Assembly (NCBI RefSeq): GCF_009914755.1
Contig: NC_060931.1
Reading direction: 5' to 3' (one strand)
DNA: 64,000 nt
From: the human T2T-CHM13v2.0 reference genome, Homo sapiens
Below the pieces are notes generated by a model, which made no database searches, was not told the origin of the DNA, and worked only from the letters and a program-made list of their open reading frames with translations. This document shows, one piece after another, positions 54,321 to 64,000 of this stretch (the stretch's first letter is position 1; every line of letters begins with the position of its first letter). The translations under genes were made by a program, and so were the position numbers.

Positions 54321-55959
54321 CAGACTGTCTTAGCTTTATACCTACAGAAATAAGTGAAAGAAAATGAATCTTCTGCAGCTTAGGATTTTGTTAGTGCTCA
54401 GATCAGTTTCCTCTCGTCCTTGACTTTGGGCATCCCAAGCTCTGTATTCAGACACTCCTGAACTGGCATTGTGAGCTCTCCACCCCAGCTTTTGTGGAAG
54501 AGTCCTTCCTCCATTTTTAAATTACAATTTCAGACACTGTCCACTGTGGCAGCAGGATTTGTAACAAGACCAAGTTAAGTGATCTTGGCTGAACTGATTT
54601 ATGAGACAGCTTCAAAAATTCATGAGGTACCATGGGAACTTTCTGTAGTGGATCAGCATGCCGCTTTTCCTTCACTTCTTCAAGTAGATCAGACATTTTG
54701 TGATAACACGGCAGTTTATAGTGGAGCCTTCTAGATTATGGCTCTGCTGATTAAGACACTAAGACAGACCTGAAGACAAAGAGAAGGGAGAACAGGATGT
54801 TACTTTTAGAAACTCCTGTTATCCTAAGCTTGAGCAGGGACTTTGGGTAAAATACATCTATGTATAACTCAATTTATACATAGAACTCTCTAGGGCAAGT
54901 TTTTCTCCAGTGGTGATCTGATATGGAGTGTCTTGGCCATTAATAATGGTCCCATAATTTTAAGCACAATAAAATGTTAGGTGTGTATATGCGAAAAATT
55001 GAGTGACATAGTAGTTGTCTCTCCTCTCTTTGTGAAAACCGGTAGACAGGAACGAAGGATGTGGCCAAAACCAGTGACAGGTTATGGTGCTTTCCCTATT
55101 TTATTGATTGCTCATTTCTAGTCTCTAACCTTATTTGCTACTTATTGATCTAGTAGAAAAGCAAATAATTTTCCCTAGATAGTATTTTGTTGAGCTGGGC
55201 TTTGATGACTTGTCTACCAAAGGGTTTTTAAAAAGTACTTACCTGCTGAGTGGCAGCCTGTCTACCATTTAATGTTATTATCTGTGAGCCTGGGGGTTCC
55301 TTCTTAGTAGGATCACTGATGTCATAGGCTGCCTCTTTATTCTGCCTACTTTCCTGCAAGATACCACACATGCCCGTGGTCTGCTTTAATGGCCTCACAG
55401 TGCACACAGCCTTAGACTTAACACAAGAAACATATGAGTGATCCCATTGGAGATAATGTGTTGCCGAGTCAATTTGGGTCAGCATCTGCCAACATGTCAA
55501 ATTTTCACACTAGGTTGTATTTTGAGATTTTTATTCATGCTTTTGGGTTCAAATTTACTCACAAATAAGTTTTGAACTTTTAAGTGCTAAAACTGCTGAG
55601 TTCTTGACTATCTGCACTTGGGGAGGGGAAGGTTAAAGATAAGGGGTGGGTATGTATGGGAAGGAAACAGTAGCACAGATCATCTAACATAGGAGGTAAG
55701 ATAGATTTCCCAATGTCATATATAACTTTGACTATATATTTTTTCCTATGTTTACATTCTCCTGTTTATGATTATACTCTTTTGGTTCATATTAAATTGG
55801 TGTTTATCTCCTAGGAATATATATGGCGAGGTGTGTCATAGGAAGCAATAGAAAAAGAATTTGGAGACTGGTCACTTATAATTCTTGAATAATATAACTA
55901 TGTAGAGTTAAAAGCAAAGATTGATCCTGTCATTCATGGGATTGATGGGCATTTTTGCT

Positions 55960-57115
<1,156 letters not shown>

Positions 57116-57769
57116 TAAAATAAGCTATTTTGGAATACTTATAGACTTACCAAAAAGTTGCAAAGATTACGGGGATTTTTTTTTTCTTTTCTTATGCCCT
57201 CATTAGCTCGTTAATTGGGTTAGATGGTTTGAGGAAGGACAGGTCTCCTGGAATTCTGTGGCTTGTCATAGGTTTGTCAGCCCAAATAAGGATGCACATC
57301 CAATTCACGACTCCTGGCTGCCTCTGGGGATTTTCCATATGGAGTGACAGACTTGGGAAATTCTGCTGAGCTTCTGACTAGCCTCCATTATGAGGCATAT
57401 AATTCAGAGCCCATCTTCCATTATTCTTCTTTTACTAGTATCAATTATTAACTAGAAAGGTTATTGAAGTGAAAACCTTGCCTCAAGTTTGTATTTCTTG
57501 AGATTTACTTCCAATAATAAATGTGGTTTTCAAGTGACTGAATCTTTCATAGACCAAGTTTCGAGCACATTAAATATTTGGTGGTTTTGCGTCCTCTCTG
57601 CCTCACATGCTAATTGAGAGGATGAGTAGCTATAATTTTTCTGGAGCTTCAGGCTGTCATTCTGTCCTGTTAATTGGTTCTTGGAGTAAGGAGCTAAAAT
57701 GTGGAGGCAGAAATGCTTTCCCAGATAGAAACATGCCTTGAAGCTTTGTGTCCTGTAAGGGTCCACATA

Positions 57770-58013
57770 GCCTGGAAGTTAAGAATACTGGCTCTGGAAT
57801 AAAACCTTGTGGATTCAGATTCCTGCTTTGCCACTGCTAGATGTATCACCTCGGACAAGTTACCTAACCTCTTTGTACCTCACTCTCTCCCTGTTTATAA
57901 AATAGGGATTAGAACAGTACCTGCCTCATCTAGTAGTTGTGAAGATTAAATGTGATGAGACATGTAAAGTGCTTGGTACAGGCCTAGAACATTGTAAGTG
58001 CTCAATAAATACT
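57770..58013 (+). mobile_element. MIR SINE, near full length
   Basis: gttaagaatactggctctgga...caagttacctaacctctttgtacctca...gattaaatg...gtaagtgctcaataaata. Confidence 0.88.
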
Positions 58014-58439
58014 GGCCGAAAAGTCGTACAGGGCAGTGGTTTCAGAGGCCATGCAATAAAATAGTGGGTTATGTTGCATTTGACTTTTGTTGATTAACCT
58101 TTCTTCTTCCTCTATTCTTTACCTTGTGAGGCACTTAACCTACTAACTGAAATGCCATTCATTCAGCCAGTATTTGAGTGCTCAGCAAGTGCCAGACTCT
58201 AAACAAGATGATGTGTAAGATGCTGCAAGGAGCCCTCGTGCCTTGCAGCCTGAGCACAAGTGCCTATAAACGCAAGGCTGGTTGTCGTCATTGCCATCCC
58301 CAGTATACTTTGAGAATACAAAAGAATGTGAGGTCACTCTCCTTTGACTGGGGTGACGAGGACATGCATTGTGAAAGGGGGAACTGTTAGAACTGGGAGC
58401 CATTCGTAAGTGAAATAAGGATAAGAGGGATATTATCAG

Positions 58440-58670
58440 CATTGATGCTAATTAGCATTTCTGTAGCATTTTGCAGTTTGGGAAACATTTTATGTATTTT
58501 ATTTTATCTCAGTCTCATAAAAGAGCTTGAGGTATTATTATCTCCAGTTTACGACTGAAGAGATGGGGAGTCAAATAGGTTATCTGATTCTCCCAATGCC
58601 ATACAGCTCCTTGGTGGTGGAGTTGGGGTTTGAGTCCAGGTCTCCTGACTCTGAATCTCCACGTGCTTCC
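58440..58670 (-). mobile_element. MIR SINE
   Basis: gaggtattattatctccagtttac...tttgagtccaggtctcctgactc. Confidence 0.65.
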
Positions 58671-59420
58671 CTCTGGTCTCTTGAGTGAAATAACCCGTAC
58701 TAGCAAGAAAGAGAAGAGTATGTCGGCAAAAGAGAAACCTGGAATAGTTGCCAATTGTCCCTAGGTTCAGATCACATACTTCTAGGGCATCAGAGCTAGA
58801 AGGAACATGAGATCAGTGCATCCTCTTTATTTGACTAATGAAAACATTGATGTGCTTGTGAGGGACTTCGAGAGGTCAATGTGGTGCTGGAAGCAGCTCA
58901 ATGGAGAGGGTAGACAGTTCCCCTTGGATGCTCATGTGTGGTCTTCTGGGGATTGATTAGTTGCTGGTAAGGAAGGAGCTCATTTTGGGGAAAGTAGGTA
59001 CATAGATTCATAGAGGGAAAACCTTTATTCAGAAGCAGGCAGTTTTTCTGCAATATCTTCCTGGGAAACACAAATAAAAGGGCTGTAGTTTAGTATTCAG
59101 ATGTGGTTCTGGTTGTGCAAGGATAAGGAGAAAAGGCAGAGGCAGGGTGAGAAGGAAGGAAAATGAATGACTGATTTGAAAGGTCAGTGAGAAGTCTGTG
59201 AAAGGTACATACTTAGGGTCTGTAGGGCAGTCATTTGAAATCCAGGATACTTAGTATATATATAGGAGGACTTCGTAGTAGTTCTCTGACTGGAAGAGGA
59301 CTGGGCTGCCTTGTGTGTGTGAGCTTTCATCATGGGGGCAGTGGTTACTACATGCTATTTCTAAGAATTGCACTTGTGGGGTGATTTCTACTTTGGGTAG
59401 GAGGTTATTCTAGGTAGAGC

Positions 59421-59596
59421 TAGTGTGGATCAGCAACATCAGCACCACCTGGGATCTTGTTAGAAATGCAGATTTGGGGACTCCTACCCTAGACTTACTG
59501 AATCAGAATCTCCAGTGGGTGCAGTTCAAGAATGTGTATTTTAACAAGATCTCCAAGTCATTGGTCTGCATGTTCAATGTTTGGAAGCATTGCTCT
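59421..59596. mobile_element. MER5A MITE
   Basis: cagcaacatcagcaccacctggga..ttgttagaaatgcaga...gacttactgaatcagaa...tgtattttaacaag. Confidence 0.85.
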
Positions 59597-59649
59597 AGTG
59601 CAGAGGCTCTCCAAGATCCTCCTTTGGGTTCTCGGCTTATGTGATTAAT

Positions 59650-59920
59650 GTGCCATTCACCAAACATTTATTGAATTTCACTTATGTAGGCACAGCACAA
59701 AGCCAACTCTCACATGGATCCTGCTTGCATTCTAGTTGAGGAGACAGGATTGTTTACAAGTAACTATTAGGTTGGTGCAAAATAATTGAAGTTTTTGCCA
59801 TTACTTTCAATGGCAATTTCAGTGGCAAAAACCATGGTTACTTTTGTACCAACAGTATAAAAACAGTGTTAAAGGCTAGTACAGGAGGCACAGAGAATGC
59901 CTGTGAAAGTGGAGGGTGGA
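59650..59920 (-). mobile_element. L2 3' fragment hosting MADE1
   Basis: cattcaccaaacatttattgaa...gcattctagttgaggagacag. Confidence 0.55.
59767..59857. mobile_element. MADE1 (Hsmar1-derived palindromic MITE) with a 12-bp internal duplication
   Basis: TA-ttaggttggtgcaaaataattgaagtttttgccattactttcaatggcaa-tttcagtggcaaaaaccatggttacttttgtaccaac. Confidence 0.92.
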
Positions 59921-61016
59921 CGTTTTCATAGGTGTGTGCGGGAGCAGGTGGCATGCATGGTAGGGGGAATCATTACTTCTGTGCAGGACTCCTGAGTAAT
60001 TTTAATCTGTGGTTTGCTGCTGTGCAAACCCAGAGGCCTGTCTACAACTTGTTTAACCTCCCCCAGCCCTTGACTGGGTTTACTTTATTGGCCTGATAAG
60101 TAGTATAAAAATTGGCAGAGCTATTAAGATGACTCATGGAAGGATATCCTCAGCATCTCCTTTTGGATCTCCTCACACCTGCACTGCTTCTTCTTAAATG
60201 CCTGAATATCCACCACTTTGTAAAAGAAAAAAATTGATTTGTCACTGAATTTCCATGCCTCAGCCTGAGAGAAATGTAAATGTTGTACTGGCCTTTAGTA
60301 CTCTGCCTTCAAGCCTAGATTTAGAGCTGATCATTATACTTTTAGAGTAGGCTAGGTATGAAAATAGCAGCAGGTTGAAGAGTCAGAGGAAGCTGTTTGC
60401 TCTCATCTGCTGGTTTGGTCAGGGTGGAAGTACGAATATTAATACAGTCCACTTAAACAATAAAATAGCTCCCAGGGAAGAGGAACTATAAACTTCAGTA
60501 AATATCAGAGATGTTAAATGCTAAAAATAAAAGCTCTCTGCAGTTGTTTGGCTCTTTAAAGAGATTGTTTATTGGTCAAGAGTGCTAGTCTGTTTGGTCA
60601 TGTTTTGCTAGCTTTTTAAAATGCATGTATGTAAATGAATTAGAATATAAGTTAATTAAGCAGGGCAGTGTTTCTAGAATGTGAAAATAGTAACCTGGCT
60701 AGTTAATTTAATTAAGTCCTTGGTAATTTTCTTTTAGAAACAAGTTTCATCTTGGGAGGTCACAACGTCCTGGCTGCTGTGCTTCTGAGCTTTACCTTGA
60801 CTCCATCCTCTCCTCTCTGTCATCCTTTTCTCTGGCTCTGTCACTTGCATTTGCCCCCTGACTTGTCACCCTGACTTCATTTCCTCTCTCCCAGCTGTTT
60901 ACAGTGCTATCACAGTGGTCTTTCAGAAATCCCAAACTCTGCTGTTGAACTGGGTTCTAAAAACCTTCAGAGACTTCATGTTGTCCATAGGATACACTGT
61001 TTTCTGAACTCCTTAG

Positions 61017-61345
<329 letters not shown>

Positions 61346-61590
61346 TCTAAAATACCATTATAGCCTAATTTTCAGGCTTACTTTTTCTTGTGGTCCAGGC
61401 CACAGGACTATCTGCTATTCTCAATACAAATAAAATATAACCAGTAGCCACCCTGCAGTAGTAGGGACAATTCAGGTGCCTCGACAAGCATTGTCTGATT
61501 ACACTATTCAATACAGGATCAAAGAGTTTTGTCATTTGCCCAAGGTCATGTACCTTGTGTTAGAGCTGAGATTCATATTCAGTATTTTGA

Positions 61591-61962
<372 letters not shown>

Positions 61963-62468
61963 TAGACTGTCTCCTACCCTTTTTCTTTGCAGACTTGGAA
62001 ATGTATAGGTGTTAGGTATTCCTAACAATGTGCGTGCATAGGTCATCGGGCCTATCTCAATTTAGCCTGATAGTGTAAATACTAGTACTACTACTACCTA
62101 GTGCTAGTACTAAGAGCTGATCCCAGATCTTAATTTTTCTTCATTTCTCCTCCAAATAATAGGCGGTTTATAAGTATTATGGAATGAATGCATGGATGGA
62201 TGAAAGGATGACTGGATAGATGGATGGTCAGTCCCAGTGGTTGGGTCCGTTTGTGATTTGACCAAGTTCAAGGCTGTAGAATTGCTATGTGGAAAGAATG
62301 CATATTATTTCAGCTATATCAAATAGCACCTAGGGACGGCCTGACTGACAGGGAACAAATTGTCAGCCCTCATTTGGATCCAAGTGGAAATTAATCTGAA
62401 GAATTTGGAATGGGCCTATTCGTGGGAAATTGCTTATTTTTATAAGAGTTTATTTTCTGATTTGTGGC

Positions 62469-62842
62469 TATATTCGTTGGCTAGGGCCACTGTAACAAAG
62501 ACCAGGTGACTTAAACAATAGAAATGTATTTTCTCTCAGCTCTGGAGGCTAGAAGGCTGAGATCAAGGTGTTGAGAGGTTTGGTTTCTTCTGAGGCCAAT
62601 CTCTTTGTCTTGCAGATGGCTACCTTGCTGTGTCCTTACATGGTCTTCCCTCTAGGTGCACATATCCGTGTTCAGATTTCCTCTTCCTTTAAAGACAGCC
62701 GCCATACTGGATTAGAGCCCACCATAAAGACCTCATTTTAATTAATTACCTCTTTAAAGACCTTCTCTCCAAATACGGTTTCATTCTGAGGTACTGGGGG
62801 TTAGGACTTCAACCTACAAATTTTGAGGATACCTCATTCACC
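62469..62842 (-). mobile_element. MLT1B-like MaLR LTR
   Basis: gacttaaacaatagaaatgtatt...tctggaggctagaagg...ccaaatacggtttcattctgaggtactgggggttaggacttcaac. Confidence 0.88.
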
Positions 62843-64000
62843 TCTACCCAACCCATCCCCTCTGCCTTTTCCTCTTGTTGTCTTTCTTCTGGCAGTTTTG
62901 TTTCACTCAAGGGCAGTCAGGAAGAGAAGTAAAGATAGAGGAAAAGGAAATTTATTTTGGGTGCAGTTCAGGAGGTGTAGCTGGGGTTGGGGATGGGCAG
63001 TGGCTGAAGCTATTGGTGGAAATGAGATTTTGATATTGCCTATAGATTAGTATTGTCCTGGAACATTCTGTGCTGGTTTCCTGGACAGCCGATAGCTGGC
63101 TGTGTGTGTTGGAGGGCCCAGGGAATATCTGTTCTGTTAGTAAGTGAGGGGGAAATTGATAATCCTGCAGCCGGCCTGGAGAAGTAAGGACTCTATCTTT
63201 GTCTGTCAGCTCTTCCTCCCAGAAGTAGCTCAGAGACTTGCTGAGCACACCTAGGGTAGAGGCCAGGATAGTTGAGTTTTGGACGCTCTGCCTTGGCTAA
63301 CACCTTGCCTGGCATCTAGCAGATGCTTATGAAATGTTTGTCAAATTGAATTACTTAATTTACTTGACTCAAATATTTTGTTCTTCTCCAAACCTTTTAT
63401 GAGGAGTTTTTTCTCCACCTTTGTTTGTTAATTCCCAAACTTCTCTCCAGTTCTCAGTTGTGGCTTATGTCTTTTCTTTCCTTTCTCTTTGTAATTATCA
63501 GGTAATTTATTAAATGGAGACAAGCTTAACTAGACATTAAATAATTGCAGGTGTGCAGCTGAACTGAGCCGCTGTCCTTTAACTAGGAAATCACAGCTGC
63601 TTGTGTTGTATTGTGTGATGAGATTACACTTCACCTCATTTGGTTACACGATATCTTGCTTATTGTAAGGTAAAAGAATGTTGAAGCTTCTGCTCTAAGC
63701 AGTACACAAAGGCTGGTATGTTCCCAGGAAACCAACGTAAAAAGTACTTGGAGGTCAGGTCTGGAGCCTTTGCAACCTCTGATGCTTCTCTTTTCTTGGA
63801 ATTTTTCATTTCCTTTGCCTTTTTCTGTATAGAGAACACCTGAATTACTCCTTAACTTGAGACCTGTTTCACATTTTAAAATTTTCTTTTGGTCACCTTA
63901 ACTGTAAAAGCAAGATTTTTCTGTTTCCTTCTAAGAGATTAGCAGTGGGTCCATTGGTTAGCTCTTTTTTTGCTTTCATTATCAGACCTCATCTGCATAC

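Overview
This is primate (human-like) genomic DNA with no protein-coding exon I can confidently recognise. About 20 Alu elements or fragments (AluJ/S/Y, FLAM and monomers) are present, many with readable target-site duplications. There are also MIR, L2 and L1M relics, MaLR LTRs (MLT1/MST), two ERV1-class solo LTRs (LTR9/MER61-like at 39679-40296 and MER52-like at 47095-48586), hAT MITEs (MER5A, MER20, MER45A, MER58) and a MADE1. By eye the + strand is T/G-skewed and nearly all LTRs and L1s lie on the - strand, which suggests the window is inside a large intron transcribed on +; I cannot name the host gene. Almost all ORFs in the track are repeat-derived or chance. The most interesting items are a candidate alternative terminal exon (10950 to about 11300), a candidate 75-nt frame-preserving cassette exon (48655-48729), an ERV LTR inserted into an Alu monomer with a 4-bp TSD and an octamer motif, unusual retro-insertions (a 41-nt micro-Alu, a tailless Alu, a poly(A) micro-insert), a cluster of inverted repeats in unique DNA, and several enhancer-like unique blocks. 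I find no evidence for a new multi-gene biological system. Repeat subfamily names come from recalled consensus sequences and need RepeatMasker/Dfam confirmation; boundaries of old repeats are approximate.
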